Assembly (NCBI GenBank): GCA_965240465.1
Contig: OZ251219.1
Coordinates: 1,184,001-1,248,000, forward strand
Direction of reading: 5' to 3'
Origin: a bacterium
GTDB lineage: Bacteria > SAR324 > JACQKK01
DNA: 64,000 bases
Shown: positions 1-10,820 of the stretch, piece by piece
Layout: every line of letters starts with the position of its first letter
Position numbering within the stretch: the first letter of the stretch is position 1
Notes under the pieces: generated by a model
Told to the model about the DNA's origin: nothing
Seen by the model: only the letters and a program-made list of their open reading frames with translations
Database searches by the model: none
Position numbers and translations under genes: made by a program

Positions 1-1
1 C

Positions 2-481
2 ATTAATGAAAAGGCTCGTTTTGGGGCAATTAGCGACACCACCGCAACAACAGTTGCCGATCAAGCAGCCGCAGTTTTTCGAGCTAATCCAGACATCAGC
101 GTGGTATTTGCTCCCTATGATGAATACGCCAAAGGCGTAAAACTCGCTGTTGATGAAGCAGGTATTAACAATCGGGTAAGGATTTATAGTGCCGATATAT
201 CCACCACCGATATTAGACTGATGAAAGAAAAAGATAGTCCCTGGGTAGCCACCGCGGCTACCAATCCCGTGGTGGTAGGCCGAGTTAGTGTTCGCGCGGT
301 AGCTTTGCTGATCGCAGGTGAAAGACCGAGCAAAAAGCTCGTTGTTCTTCCTGCTTTGGTGACTCAAGAACAGCTACGCACCAGTGGCATTAATAACATG
401 CGTACTCTGGCTAAGAAAATATTCTCCTTTGGCAAAGCTAAAATCGCTAATCCAAACTGGATTCCAATCCCCAAACGTTAA
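2..481 (+). CDS. Sugar ABC transporter periplasmic substrate-binding protein, 5'-truncated by the window edge
   Basis: Frame open from position 2 (INEKARFGAISDTTATTVADQAAAVFRANPDISVVFAPYDEYAKG...). The RIYSADIS and VATAATNP segments fit the RbsB-like periplasmic binding fold. Confidence 0.7.
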   Translation: MNEKARFGAISDTTATTVADQAAAVFRANPDISVVFAPYDEYAKGVKLAVDEAGINNRVRIYSADISTTDIRLMKEKDSPWVATAATNPVVVGRVSVRAVALLIAGERPSKKLVVLPALVTQEQLRTSGINNMRTLAKKIFSFGKAKIANPNWIPIPKR

Positions 482-629
482 CTGAATGTCAGTAGGAATT
501 CCGTGCGTGTTATGCAGCTCTGGACAAACAGAGAGACCCAATGCCTGGACCCGATGCCTGTTGGGGCTGTCAAGTTTGACCTGTGCCGATAAAGAAGCTG
601 TTTAGAAAAGGCGAGCAGATAAGTGAAGA

Positions 630-2717
630 ATGGCCAATAATAAGCGTCGTTTGAAGAGGGTGGATAAAGGGGAGAAGGGGATGGGAAGTGCGAGGAGTGG
701 GGGTGCGAGAGGGGAGGGTTCGGAGGTGAGAGGGGGGAGTGGGGGTGCGAGAGGGTCGGAGGTGGATAAAGGAGAGAGGGGAAGGGAGAGAGGGTCGGAG
801 GTGGATAAAGGAGAGAGGGGGGGTGGGGGTGCGGGGGGTAAGAATGCGGTTAAGCGTAAATCTTTGTTTAAGCAGGGGAATAGGGGGGGGGTATTGATGG
901 TGCATCGGAATGGCTTTGGTTTTGTCAATGTGCCTGAGTTGCCCCGAGATTTATTTATTCCTCGTCGCCATCTGTCAGGAGCAATGGATGGCGATGGAGT
1001 GGAAGTAGAGATGCTACCGAGCAGGAAGGGAGGAGGAGGGGGTGGGGGTTCGGCAGCCAAGATAAGCAAGATTATTTGGCGGAAACGCACGTATGTGCGG
1101 GGGCGAATGCGGAAGGAAGGCAGGAGTTGGTTGCTAGAACCGCTTAATAAAAGGCTACCCTGGATGTATGTTGATGGAGTAGCTACCAGTACTAAAGAAG
1201 GGACTTTGGTGAGGGGACGCATCAGCGAGTATCCGAGTTCAGGAGGGTACGCTAGGGTGCAGTTTGAGCAGGTTATTTCGGAAGCCCAAGACATCCATGC
1301 CCTTTCGGCTCATATTTTGGACGATTTAGAGATTCGCCAGCATTTTCCCTCAGAATGCGAGGTCGCTGCTAAGGAGCTGAAGCAAAATCCTCCCGATATT
1401 AGTGGCCCCCATCGCTGTGATTTGAGGCAGCTTCCCTTTATCACCATTGATGGAGAATCTGCCCAAGACTTTGATGACGCCATTCACTTGGCAACCGAGG
1501 GCAAGAATTGGCGGTTGCGAGTAGCCATTGCCGATGTGTCTGCCTACCTCCCAAGCGACAGCCCGATTGATAATGAAGCCCGTCGGCGTGGTACCAGTGT
1601 CTATCTGCCAGATACGATGGTACCCATGTTACCGCGTGTTTTGTGTACCGATTTGTGTAGTTTAGTTCCTCATCAAGCTCGCGCGGTAATGGTTTGCGAT
1701 ATGCTCATCAACGGCAAGGGAGGGCGTATTAAGTATAGGATATATCATGCGACTATTATTAGCCAAGCTCGTTTGACCTATACTCAGGTGCAATCTTTTT
1801 TTAGTGATTCCGATGATTTGCCAAGAACTGCGGTTGGGGATTCTTTTGCACCCATGCTATCGGATATGCGGGAGCTCGCCCGCGTATTGCGTGAGTTAAG
1901 ACATGAGCGAGGGGCGTTAAATTTTGATTTTAGTGAGCCTCAGTTACAACTTGATAAACAAGGACGTCCCATCGGGATTGTTCTCAATAAGCCCACCGAG
2001 GCTACCCAGCTGATAGAGCAATTTATGCTGGAAGCCAATGAGACCACCGCTGTTCATGCCTTGAAGAATCGCTTGTCAGTGCTATTTCGGGTTCATGAGC
2101 CTCCGCCTACTGATAAGCTCCCAGAGGTGCTAGGGCAGCTAGAGAATTTTGGCATTTTAGCTACTGAGAAAGATTTGAGAAAGCCTAAGAAATTGCAAGA
2201 GTTATTAGTTCAGGCTCAGCAGCATCCTCTTTCTGAGACCGTCCAGTTGATATTACTTAAGAGCATGTCCCAAGCGGTGTACCATCATAAGAACATTGGG
2301 CATTTTGCCCTCAATGCTAGTTACTACACTCATTTTACCTCGCCGATAAGGCGTTACCCAGACCTGATACTCCATCGTGCCATTAGTGCGAGGCTATTGA
2401 ATAAGCCTCTTTTGCGATTATCGGGTGTGGAAGGATTATTATTATCTCAGGCTGAGCGTAGTGCTGCTACGGCGGAGCAGAGCATCAATCGGCTGTATCA
2501 GATTGTTCTTTTAGAGCCTCAGTTGGGAAGAACTTTTTCGGCTACCATTGCTTCAAGGAATGACTACGGACTTAATTTGCAATTGCATTCTCCGCCTGTG
2601 CGAGGATTTATGCCGCTCACTTCGGCTACGAGTACCAATCTTCAGGCTGGGCAAGATATTTCCTGCGTGTTGGTACGTGCTTCCCGAGCAGATTTGGAGC
2701 TAGAATTTTCTCTGTGA
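630..2717 (+). CDS. rnr: Ribonuclease R (RNB family) with a Gly/Arg/Glu-rich low-complexity N-terminus
   Basis: Cold-shock HRNGFGFV, RNB catalytic TIDGESAQDFDDA, RGTSVYLP and YTHFTSPIRRYPDL motifs. Confidence 0.92.
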   Translation: MANNKRRLKRVDKGEKGMGSARSGGARGEGSEVRGGSGGARGSEVDKGERGRERGSEVDKGERGGGGAGGKNAVKRKSLFKQGNRGGVLMVHRNGFGFVNVPELPRDLFIPRRHLSGAMDGDGVEVEMLPSRKGGGGGGGSAAKISKIIWRKRTYVRGRMRKEGRSWLLEPLNKRLPWMYVDGVATSTKEGTLVRGRISEYPSSGGYARVQFEQVISEAQDIHALSAHILDDLEIRQHFPSECEVAAKELKQNPPDISGPHRCDLRQLPFITIDGESAQDFDDAIHLATEGKNWRLRVAIADVSAYLPSDSPIDNEARRRGTSVYLPDTMVPMLPRVLCTDLCSLVPHQARAVMVCDMLINGKGGRIKYRIYHATIISQARLTYTQVQSFFSDSDDLPRTAVGDSFAPMLSDMRELARVLRELRHERGALNFDFSEPQLQLDKQGRPIGIVLNKPTEATQLIEQFMLEANETTAVHALKNRLSVLFRVHEPPPTDKLPEVLGQLENFGILATEKDLRKPKKLQELLVQAQQHPLSETVQLILLKSMSQAVYHHKNIGHFALNASYYTHFTSPIRRYPDLILHRAISARLLNKPLLRLSGVEGLLLSQAERSAATAEQSINRLYQIVLLEPQLGRTFSATIASRNDYGLNLQLHSPPVRGFMPLTSATSTNLQAGQDISCVLVRASRADLELEFSL

Positions 2718-2724
2718 GTATTTT

Positions 2725-3777
2725 TTATCTAGCAGCTTGGGCTACGTTATTTTTGTCGTAGATTTTGAAATCGCCCATTATGACCCATTTACCTTGGGGT
2801 CGGTTGGGATCTGCCTCAATGGTGAAAGTTCCCATTCTACCGGCTTCAAATTTTTCATATATTTCGCCCTGCATTTGACCAGTGCTGAGCAGATAAGTGG
2901 CGTAGTAGGTCAGGTAGCCGAGGTCGCGGAAATCCCAGAGGATAAATTTAGGAATGCAACCGTTGAGGGTATTTTCAAGCAGGTCTTTGGGTAGTCCCAA
3001 GCCTGAAACTCGCACTTTTTTGCAGTTTCTTTTATATTTAACTGCTTGGGCGGCTATCTTGGTGCCTAATACAGAAGGAGAAATAATAAGTTCCAGCAAG
3101 GGGTATTTATCCAGCAAAGCAAAGACGAGGTTATAGACTAGGGTAGGGTCATTATTGCCATAGACGATGTTCAGCAGTTTAATTTTGCCATATTTTTTAT
3201 TTTTGAATTCTTTTTTAATGTCTTTGATCCAGGCATTTTCTTGGGCGTTATTAGGGGAAGTAGCTAATATGACTACTTCACCAGATTTTTTAACGAGAGA
3301 GAGGCTTAGCTTTGCGATAGCTTCGCCCAGAAGGGAGAGATCCACAGGTGATATGAATAAATCTTCATTTTGGGCGGAGGGAATGGGAGTTTCCCAAGTT
3401 ACTATTTTCACTCCCTTTTTTTGGGCTATTGCAGCTGAGGGAACAATTCGATCTCCAGCGTTGTTGGCAAGCATGATGCCGTCTTTGCCTTGTTTGGCGA
3501 AATTTTTCACTGATTTTATTTGTTCTTCGGTACTATCTCCGCTGGAAACCCCAAAAAATATCAGTTGCCCCCGATTATTGAGATAGGTATGAGCTTCTTG
3601 AGCACCTTCATTAACTTGATCAAAGATGACCATGGAGATGAATTTCGGTAGTAGCACTAGGTCAGCTTTTTCACCCTTTTTTGCAGAGATTGTTTTTGCT
3701 AAGGTTGATGAACTTACTCCGCAGATTAGGTAAATTGTTAGGGAGATAGCCAAGCTAATGAGAACGAGTTTTTTCAT
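2725..3777 (-). CDS. Rhamnose/AI-2 (RhaS/LsrB-like) ABC transporter substrate-binding protein
   Basis: Signal peptide, plus ATSPNNAQENAWI, YGNNDP, VSGLGLP, LWDFRDLGY and EAGRMG segments typical of RhaS/LsrB proteins. Confidence 0.7.
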   Translation of the reverse strand: MKKLVLISLAISLTIYLICGVSSSTLAKTISAKKGEKADLVLLPKFISMVIFDQVNEGAQEAHTYLNNRGQLIFFGVSSGDSTEEQIKSVKNFAKQGKDGIMLANNAGDRIVPSAAIAQKKGVKIVTWETPIPSAQNEDLFISPVDLSLLGEAIAKLSLSLVKKSGEVVILATSPNNAQENAWIKDIKKEFKNKKYGKIKLLNIVYGNNDPTLVYNLVFALLDKYPLLELIISPSVLGTKIAAQAVKYKRNCKKVRVSGLGLPKDLLENTLNGCIPKFILWDFRDLGYLTYYATYLLSTGQMQGEIYEKFEAGRMGTFTIEADPNRPQGKWVIMGDFKIYDKNNVAQAAR

Positions 3778-4004
3778 TTATGCTTCCATTTTTGAGGTTG
3801 TGTTAGTTGCCCCCGATTATTGAGATTTGACAGCTAGCAATATTTATCATGATAATTCCCAGAACATCTTGTAGCTATGATACAGAAATAAGATTATCAG
3901 TACAAAAGACTTTTTATTTTTAGTTATTTTTGCTAGAAGTGCTGGTGATATTTTTTTATATTTGCTTATTTTAGTTATCCTATTTATCAATGAACGCCTA
4001 AGCC

Positions 4005-6773
4005 ATGCACCTTGTGATTGTAGAGTCTCCAGCGAAGGCACGTACGGTTTCGCGTTATTTAGGCAAGGATTACGTGGTGGAGTCCAGCATTGGGCATGTG
4101 CGTGATTTGCCTCAATCGGCAAAGGAGATTCCAGCCTCCCTGAAAAAAGAGCCGTGGTCCCGCTTGGGTATTGATATTACCAATAATTTTCAACCTTTGT
4201 ATGTGATCCCTGAAAAAAAGAAATCTCATGTACAAAAACTAAAACGACTACTGAAAAATGCCGATAGCTTGTACTTAGCTACTGATGGTGATCGCGAGGG
4301 AGAATCAATCAGCTGGCATTTGCGAGAAGTACTTCAGCCTAAGGTACCAGTATCCAGATTGGTGTTTCATGAAATTACCTCCAGCGCGATTGAAGAATCT
4401 CTGAAAAATCCCCGTGATATAGATCAGCGTTTAGTTCGTTCTCAGGAAACTCGTCGGGTGCTGGACCGCCTGTACGGTTATGAAATATCTCCCATTTTGT
4501 GGCGAGTGATCGGCTCAGCTCGTTCTGCAGGGCGAGTGCAAAGCGTAGCGGTTCGTCTGACAGTGATGCGTGAACGCGAACGTATTAAATTTTGCTCGGC
4601 ACAATGGTGCGATATCCAAGTAGAACTGGAAATTGATGGACAATCGTTCACCGCAGTACTGCAATCGGTTGATGGTAGGCGTCTAGCGGTCAGCAAGGAT
4701 TTCTCTGATGCCGATGGTCAACCCCTCCCCCCCCCTCCTCAATCCCAATCCCCTCAATCCCAATCCCCTCAATCCCAATCCCCTCAATCCCAAGAACTAT
4801 TGTGGCTGAAAATCTCTGATGCCAATTCACTCGCCCAGCAATTGAAACAAGCCAAATGGCAGGTAAGTGAGGTGCAAGATAAACCCTTCTCATCTAAGCC
4901 GCCACCGCCATTTATAACTTCTACTTTGCAGCAACAAGCCAGCGGAAAATTGTATTTCTCACCCCGAAAAACAATGCAAATAGCCCAAAATCTCTACGAA
5001 CAAGGTCACATTACCTACATGCGTACCGATTCTACTACTCTGTCTCAGCAAGCACTAAAGGCCATTACCAGCCAAATTAGTGCTCTCTTTGGCAATGAGT
5101 ACCTTCCCGCCTCGCCACGAAAATACACCAGTAAGGTGAAAAATGCCCAAGAAGCACACGAAGCAATTAGACCCTCGGGCAGTCAATTCAAAAAACCCGA
5201 ACAACTAAACTTATCAAACGATGAACAAAAGCTGTATAAACTCATCTGGCAACGCACTCTGGCATGCCAAATGAAAGACAGCCTAGGCACCCGAACTCAA
5301 ATTCTTATCAATGCCCAGCTCAATGATAAAAAAATCGCCCTGTTTCATGCCAACGGTCAGGTCATAAAATTTCAAGGCTGGCTAAAAGTAATGTCCACAA
5401 CAGGCAATGATAATCAACAAGTTCCTAATCAACAAGTTCCTAATCAACAAGTTCCTAATCAACAAGATCCAAATACGCCAGCTCCCGAACTAACTAAAAA
5501 ATCCCCTCCCAGTCAGGATAAACTTCTACCCCCCCTCAAAAAAGGCGATACCCTGCAAGCTGGCAACCTTCAACCCCGAGAACACGCCACTCAGCCGCCT
5601 CCTCGCTATAATGATGCATCCTTAATTAAGGAGTTAGAAAGTCGGGGGATCGGTCGGCCGAGTACTTATGCATCCATTATAGACACTATTTTGTATAGGG
5701 GTTATGTGCTGAAGAAGTCATCGGCATTGTTTCCGACTTTTACCGCTTTTGCGTTGGTGCAGTTGTTGGAGCGTCATTTTTCGTCCTTGATTGACTTTGA
5801 TTTTACGGCTCGCATGGAGGACATTTTGGATGCTATTTCCCGAGGTGATGCCGAGTATTTGCCATATTTAGAGGGATTTTATCATGGCTCTGAGCGTTTA
5901 TCGGGATCTTCCAAGGAGGTTATGGAGAAGAAGTTTCCAGTGAGTTTGGTGGGTTTGAAGCAGATGTTAAAAGCGGAGATTAATGCTCGGGAGGTATGTT
6001 CGTTATCTTTATTGGCGGGCGAGGATTTGGATGTAGTGGTGAGGGTTGGTCGTTGGGGTCCATTTTTGGAAGACAGCGAAGGCAAGCGAGTGTCTTTACC
6101 GCCTGAGATGGTTCCTGATGAGTTGACTATTGAGCGGGTGAATACACTGTTAGAGCAACAGACTGCTGGGGGATCTTTGGGGAAGGATTCTAAGAGTGGG
6201 AAGACGGTGTTTTTGAAGAATGGTCGTTATGGTCTCTATGTTCAGTTGGGAGAGACAGGTGAGGAGCCGAAGATGAAGTCGTTGTTGCCAGATCAAGTTT
6301 CTCAGGATTTAACCTTGGAGGATGCTTTGCGATTATTATCTTTACCTCGCGAGGTGGGGGAATCTGGAACGGGGGAGATGATTTTAGCTGATTATGGTCG
6401 TTATGGTCCTTATTTACGTTGCGGGAAAGAGACTCGTAGTTTGGAGGATCACCAGTTGATTTTCAGTTGTACTGTTGCTGAGGCTGAGGCTGTGTTAGCG
6501 AAGCCGAGGGCAGTTCGTCGGGTGACTGTTTTACATTCTTTGGGGAAGGATTCTGGTGGCAAGGAGGTAAAAATTTGCTCGGGGAGGTATGGTCCTTATG
6601 TTACTGATGGCGATATTAATGCTTCTCTTCCAAGGGGTCAGGCTCCTGAGGAGTTGAAGTTGGAAGAGGCTTTGGAGTTATTGCGTGCCAAATCAGCTAA
6701 GGGACCTGCTACCAAGAAATATGGTCGCCAAGTCAGAAGAGGCGGAAAGACTACCGCAAAAGGTCGGTACTGA
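4005..6773 (+). CDS. topA: DNA topoisomerase I with Topo_C repeat-type C-terminus
   Basis: LVIVESPAKA, ATDGDREGE, SAGRVQS, ITYMRTDS (catalytic Tyr), GIGRPST, and C-terminal GRYGPY repeats. Confidence 0.97.
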   Translation: MHLVIVESPAKARTVSRYLGKDYVVESSIGHVRDLPQSAKEIPASLKKEPWSRLGIDITNNFQPLYVIPEKKKSHVQKLKRLLKNADSLYLATDGDREGESISWHLREVLQPKVPVSRLVFHEITSSAIEESLKNPRDIDQRLVRSQETRRVLDRLYGYEISPILWRVIGSARSAGRVQSVAVRLTVMRERERIKFCSAQWCDIQVELEIDGQSFTAVLQSVDGRRLAVSKDFSDADGQPLPPPPQSQSPQSQSPQSQSPQSQELLWLKISDANSLAQQLKQAKWQVSEVQDKPFSSKPPPPFITSTLQQQASGKLYFSPRKTMQIAQNLYEQGHITYMRTDSTTLSQQALKAITSQISALFGNEYLPASPRKYTSKVKNAQEAHEAIRPSGSQFKKPEQLNLSNDEQKLYKLIWQRTLACQMKDSLGTRTQILINAQLNDKKIALFHANGQVIKFQGWLKVMSTTGNDNQQVPNQQVPNQQVPNQQDPNTPAPELTKKSPPSQDKLLPPLKKGDTLQAGNLQPREHATQPPPRYNDASLIKELESRGIGRPSTYASIIDTILYRGYVLKKSSALFPTFTAFALVQLLERHFSSLIDFDFTARMEDILDAISRGDAEYLPYLEGFYHGSERLSGSSKEVMEKKFPVSLVGLKQMLKAEINAREVCSLSLLAGEDLDVVVRVGRWGPFLEDSEGKRVSLPPEMVPDELTIERVNTLLEQQTAGGSLGKDSKSGKTVFLKNGRYGLYVQLGETGEEPKMKSLLPDQVSQDLTLEDALRLLSLPREVGESGTGEMILADYGRYGPYLRCGKETRSLEDHQLIFSCTVAEAEAVLAKPRAVRRVTVLHSLGKDSGGKEVKICSGRYGPYVTDGDINASLPRGQAPEELKLEEALELLRAKSAKGPATKKYGRQVRRGGKTTAKGRY
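4737..4793 (+). repeat. In-frame 15-bp tandem repeat (PQSQS) inside topA
   Basis: cctcaatcccaatcc, about 3.8 copies. Confidence 0.9.
5412..5466 (+). repeat. In-frame 15-bp tandem repeat (NQQVP) inside topA
   Basis: aatcaacaagttcct, about 3.7 copies. Confidence 0.9.
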
Positions 6774-6930
6774 AATAGGTCGGTACTGAAATAGGTCGGT
6801 ACTGAAATAGGTCGGTACTGAAAGAGGTCGGTACTGAAAGAGGTCGGTACTGAAAGAGGTCGGTACTGAAAGAGGTCGGTACTGAAAGAGGTCGGTACTG
6901 AAAGAGGTCGGTACTGAAATAGGTCGGTAC
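6761..6930 (+). repeat. 16-bp tandem repeat, about 10.6 copies, whose unit includes the topA stop codon
   Basis: aggtcggtactgaaa(t/g) head to tail, no spacers. Confidence 0.95.
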
Positions 6931-7003
6931 CGAAGAACAAAGAAGAAACCGTAGCAGTCGGAAAGTGATTAATTTTACGGGGGGGGGGTCGTTTGTATTT
7001 AGG

Positions 7004-7071
7004 CGGGTTGGATGTATATTCGGGTTGGATGTATATTCGGGTTGGATGTATATTCGGGTTGGATGTATATT
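7004..7071 (+). repeat. 17-bp tandem repeat, 4 copies
   Basis: cgggttggatgtatatt, immediately past the recJ stop. Confidence 0.92.
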
Positions 7072-8846
7072 CAGGTTGCGGTGCTTAGGTTATTTGCGGG
7101 TTTACTACTGGATTGCATTTCATTGACGGTCAGCAGTATTTTTCGTTGTCCGCGGAATTCATTAACGCTAGTTTGTACGTAGTAGTGATCGGGGTTATTG
7201 TTATGCCATTCATCGTATTGATTCCAGGCGATCATTTCTGCTTTTGGTCCAATGGTCCATTTTAGGTGTCGTTCGTTGATGTTGGTGGGGTTTGAGGGCA
7301 GGACTTCATTATCGAGTAGGAAGCAGGGGTTTTCATTACCGTTGCCGAAGGGAGCAAGGCTATTAATTTGTTCAGCCAGTTCTAGGTTGATAGCCTGTTT
7401 ATTCAAGGTTTCTTCAAAGAGATTCACTGTGGTGCTACTTTTGGAGGCTTGTTCGGCACAGGTTTCGGTGAATATTTTAGTGAATTCATCAAGTTGATCA
7501 GCAGCTACCAGACATCCGCTGGCAAAGATGTGTCCTCCCATATTCAAGGTGAAGCGTTCGGCGGCGGCGGTGGCAGCATGGACATTATAACCTGGGAGTC
7601 CGCGGGATGACCCCTTGTAATTTCCTTGGTTATCGAGAGTAAAGACTAAGGACGGCTTTTCAAAATGATTTACCAATCGGTTAGCAAGAATGCCTAGTAC
7701 TCCTTGGTGGAATTTGTCTATCACCACTAGGGCGGGGTTTTTATTGAGTCCTTCGGCGGTGATTTTTTTCAGGGCGAGACTAAAATTTTGCTTTTCAATT
7801 TCTCGGCGGGCGGTGTTGAGTTTATCCAGTTTGTTGGCTAGTAGGTTGGCTTTTTTGGGATTATCTTCCAGCAGTAGTTCTAGTCCGAGTTGGGCATCTT
7901 GCATGCGTCCAGCGGCGTTTATTCTGGGTGCGATCACAAAGGATATATCACGACCGTTCAGCATGCCATTTTTAGGTTCTATCCTTATTGTTGATAACAA
8001 GGCTGCGATTCCAGCCCGATTTTGTTTAGAGAGTTCTCGCAGTCCGTGATACACCAAGATTCTATTTTCTCCATTTAGTTCCACCATATCTGCGATGGTT
8101 CCCAAGGCTACTAGGTCTAGATACTCTCTTAGGCGAGGGATTTTATCATCATCCCAAAAGCCATCACGACGCAATAAGCTTCTTAGAGCACACATCAATT
8201 TGAAGACCACTCCACAACCTGCCAAGTGCTTGAATGGGTACTTACACTGCGGGAGATTAGGATCTACCACGATTCCGGGGGGAATTTTCTGGGGGGCGAC
8301 ATGGTGATCGGTCACGATGGTGTCTATTTTGGCTGCTTGTAGTTTAGCTATTTGAGGAGCTGCCGAGATGCCGTGGTCAACGGTTACGACCAAGCGAGCT
8401 TGTTTTTCTATCAGGAGGGTTACGGCTTTATCTCCGAGTCCATGTCCGTGTACAAAGCGATTGGGAACAAAGCCTTCCACTTTTGCATGGCAGATTTTGA
8501 GGAAATCCACCAGCAGGGCACAACTGGTGATGCCATCCACATCATAATCTCCCATCACCACGATGAGTTCCTTATTTTTTACGGCTTTTAGTAATCTGGT
8601 AGCGGCTTCTTCAACGCCGAACATCAGGAAGGGATCCAGTAGATTTTCCAGACTAGGTTGCAGGAAGGCACGTACTTCGGCTGGATTTTTCAAGCCTCGC
8701 CTTAGTAGTACTCGGGCTACTACGGGGAGTACTCCTATTTCTTTGGCGATGTCCTCTACGGCTGAGGAAGAGGGTTGTTCTTTGGCTTGCCACAGGATTG
8801 TTTTTAGTTTTTCAAGTTCAGCATCATCAGCAGTTGATTTTGTCAT
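7071..8846 (-). CDS. recJ: Single-stranded-DNA-specific exonuclease RecJ
   Basis: GDYDVDG, TVDHG, TDHH, LGTIAD and PRINAAGR DHH-family motifs. Start placed at ATG 8846; the ORF extends to 8945. Confidence 0.95.
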   Translation of the reverse strand: MTKSTADDAELEKLKTILWQAKEQPSSSAVEDIAKEIGVLPVVARVLLRRGLKNPAEVRAFLQPSLENLLDPFLMFGVEEAATRLLKAVKNKELIVVMGDYDVDGITSCALLVDFLKICHAKVEGFVPNRFVHGHGLGDKAVTLLIEKQARLVVTVDHGISAAPQIAKLQAAKIDTIVTDHHVAPQKIPPGIVVDPNLPQCKYPFKHLAGCGVVFKLMCALRSLLRRDGFWDDDKIPRLREYLDLVALGTIADMVELNGENRILVYHGLRELSKQNRAGIAALLSTIRIEPKNGMLNGRDISFVIAPRINAAGRMQDAQLGLELLLEDNPKKANLLANKLDKLNTARREIEKQNFSLALKKITAEGLNKNPALVVIDKFHQGVLGILANRLVNHFEKPSLVFTLDNQGNYKGSSRGLPGYNVHAATAAAERFTLNMGGHIFASGCLVAADQLDEFTKIFTETCAEQASKSSTTVNLFEETLNKQAINLELAEQINSLAPFGNGNENPCFLLDNEVLPSNPTNINERHLKWTIGPKAEMIAWNQYDEWHNNNPDHYYVQTSVNEFRGQRKILLTVNEMQSSSKPANNLSTAT

Positions 8847-9091
8847 GTGTTTTCGGCGATGTATCGGTGTTAAAGAATTATCAACGCGTTTATTGTGTCT
8901 TTTATAATCCTTTAACGCAATTATTTTTTTATAATAAGGAAACATTTACTTTTTTTAAGTTAATATAAATTCTGCCCGATATTTTTGATACTTAAAAGTA
9001 TAATTCAATTTCTTAATGGGTTAGCATGTGGGTTAGCACGTGGGTTAGCATGTGGGTTCGTGGGTGATTATCGCATATTAAAGGGAGCATT

Positions 9092-9559
9092 ATGACTAAG
9101 GCATATTTTGGAGCAGGTTGTTTTTGGGGTGTGGAAGAGACTTTCCGCCAGTTGAGAGGGGTTAAATCTACTTCGGTGGGTTATGGGGGTGGTCATCAGG
9201 ACAGTCCTAATTATCAGCAGGTGTGCAGTGGAGGCACTGGGCATGCCGAGCTAGTAGAGGTAGAATACAACCCTGTTGAACTGCCTTATGATAAATTACT
9301 CGGTGTGTTTTGGAAGTGTCACAACCCGCTGCAGCATAATCGTCAAGGAGCGGATGTTGGTACCCAATATCGCTCGGTGATATTTTACACTGATGGATCC
9401 CAAGCCCAAGTAGCTAAAAAATCAAAGGAGGAGCTACAAAAGGGTTTCAAGTCTCTGGGGCAGTCTATTGCTACTAAGGTAGAAGCGTTCAAGAATTATT
9501 ATCTAGCTGAGGATTATCACCAGCAATATGTTGCCAAGCGGAACTCCAAAAGAAGATAG
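9092..9559 (+). CDS. msrA: Peptide-methionine (S)-S-oxide reductase
   Basis: GAGCFWG, GTGHAE, QYRS and AEDYHQQY motifs; GGAG RBS upstream. Confidence 0.97.
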   Translation: MTKAYFGAGCFWGVEETFRQLRGVKSTSVGYGGGHQDSPNYQQVCSGGTGHAELVEVEYNPVELPYDKLLGVFWKCHNPLQHNRQGADVGTQYRSVIFYTDGSQAQVAKKSKEELQKGFKSLGQSIATKVEAFKNYYLAEDYHQQYVAKRNSKRR

Positions 9560-9617
9560 GGGAGGCGGGGAAAGAAGATAGGGGAGGCGGGGGAAGAAGG
9601 TAGGGAAGGCGGGGAGA

Positions 9618-10820
9618 TTAATTGCGTTTTTGTATCAAGTTAAGACAGGCTTTGGCGATGGCATCGGCAGAGTTACTATGATGAAGAGTAGCGATTTGTT
9701 TTTCCATTTGCAGTCGGCGGCGGTGGTTGGTGAGCAGCTGGAGGATGGTTTCTGCCAGTTGAGAAGGATTTAGCTCTGCTTCTTCGAGGATTAGTCCTCC
9801 CCCTGCCTCAGCAATTAAACGAGCATTGGCACGCTGATGGTCTCCACTGCTTCTGCTCAGCGGAGTCAACAAACAGGCACGACCAGCAGCACACAACTCC
9901 GCGATGGCACTCGCACCAGAACGACTATAAACCAAATGACTCTCCCATAATGCTTGAGTTATGTCATCAATGAAAATTTCTACCCGACAACTAAGATTAT
10001 CTCCAGCCACTTTTTGCCAACATCGCTGAACGAACTTAAAATCGGCAGTGCCAGTTTGATGCAACACGCTCAGCTTTAGTCCACGAGCTCTCTCAGCCAA
10101 TATAGGTGCAGCTTTAGCAAGATTGATATTCAGCAAATGTGCCCCCTGACTGCCTCCAAGCACCAGCAAATGTAAGCGATCGCCCTTGGGACGGCTACGA
10201 CCCCTAAGAGCGATAATCTCACCTCGCACAGGAGTTCCAGTAACTAGGGAGCGAGGAAACTCCATTCCTGCCGCGGGAACAAAGGCTAGGTTAACCCATC
10301 TTCCTAGCAATCGGTTGGTTATGCCAGCAGCTACATTTTGTTCCTGAATGGCAGTCCCTATCCTAAACAAACAAGCAACCGCCAGCATCGGACCCGAGGC
10401 ATATCCGCCCACACCCAGCACTAAGGCAGGTCGCCAACTGAGTAACAACCACACACATTGACCAAAGGCAATAGGAAGCATCAGCAACACTAAGCACTTT
10501 CTCCAAAACCCTACCCGATACCAACCTCGCACTAAAATACAATGCAATCGCCAACCCTTAGCTGGTGCCAAACGAGCCTCTACTCCCCAGCGAGTACCCA
10601 CAAAACGAACTTCTACATCACGATGGCATACCAAGGACTCAGCCACCGCTAAGGCAGGAAAAAAATGCCCTCCAGTACCACCTCCAGCGATAATAATACG
10701 TACCCGATTCTTCGGGAGGTTTGTAGCTACTGGTGAACGGGGATGGCGAGGCACTGGCGATGAAGTTGGCGATAAAGTTAGCGATGAAGTTAGCGATGAA
10801 GTTGGCGATGAAATTGGCAA
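9618..10820 (-). CDS. murG: Undecaprenyl-PP-MurNAc-pentapeptide GlcNAc transferase; start uncertain, within a tandem repeat
   Basis: GGGTGGH, GGYAS, EQN, GGSQGA and HQRANA motifs; follows ftsW. Confidence 0.95.
   Translation of the reverse strand: MPISSPTSSLTSSLTLSPTSSPVPRHPRSPVATNLPKNRVRIIIAGGGTGGHFFPALAVAESLVCHRDVEVRFVGTRWGVEARLAPAKGWRLHCILVRGWYRVGFWRKCLVLLMLPIAFGQCVWLLLSWRPALVLGVGGYASGPMLAVACLFRIGTAIQEQNVAAGITNRLLGRWVNLAFVPAAGMEFPRSLVTGTPVRGEIIALRGRSRPKGDRLHLLVLGGSQGAHLLNINLAKAAPILAERARGLKLSVLHQTGTADFKFVQRCWQKVAGDNLSCRVEIFIDDITQALWESHLVYSRSGASAIAELCAAGRACLLTPLSRSSGDHQRANARLIAEAGGGLILEEAELNPSQLAETILQLLTNHRRRLQMEKQIATLHHSNSADAIAKACLNLIQKRN

Noticed and set aside
570-1294. Pro-rich minus-strand ORFs
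   Set aside because: Shadows of the G-rich rnr 5' region.
6761-7071. CRISPR array
   Set aside because: Repeats are head to tail with no unique spacers, units are only 16-17 bp, and there are no cas genes. The same applies to 35207-35316 and 49521-49679.
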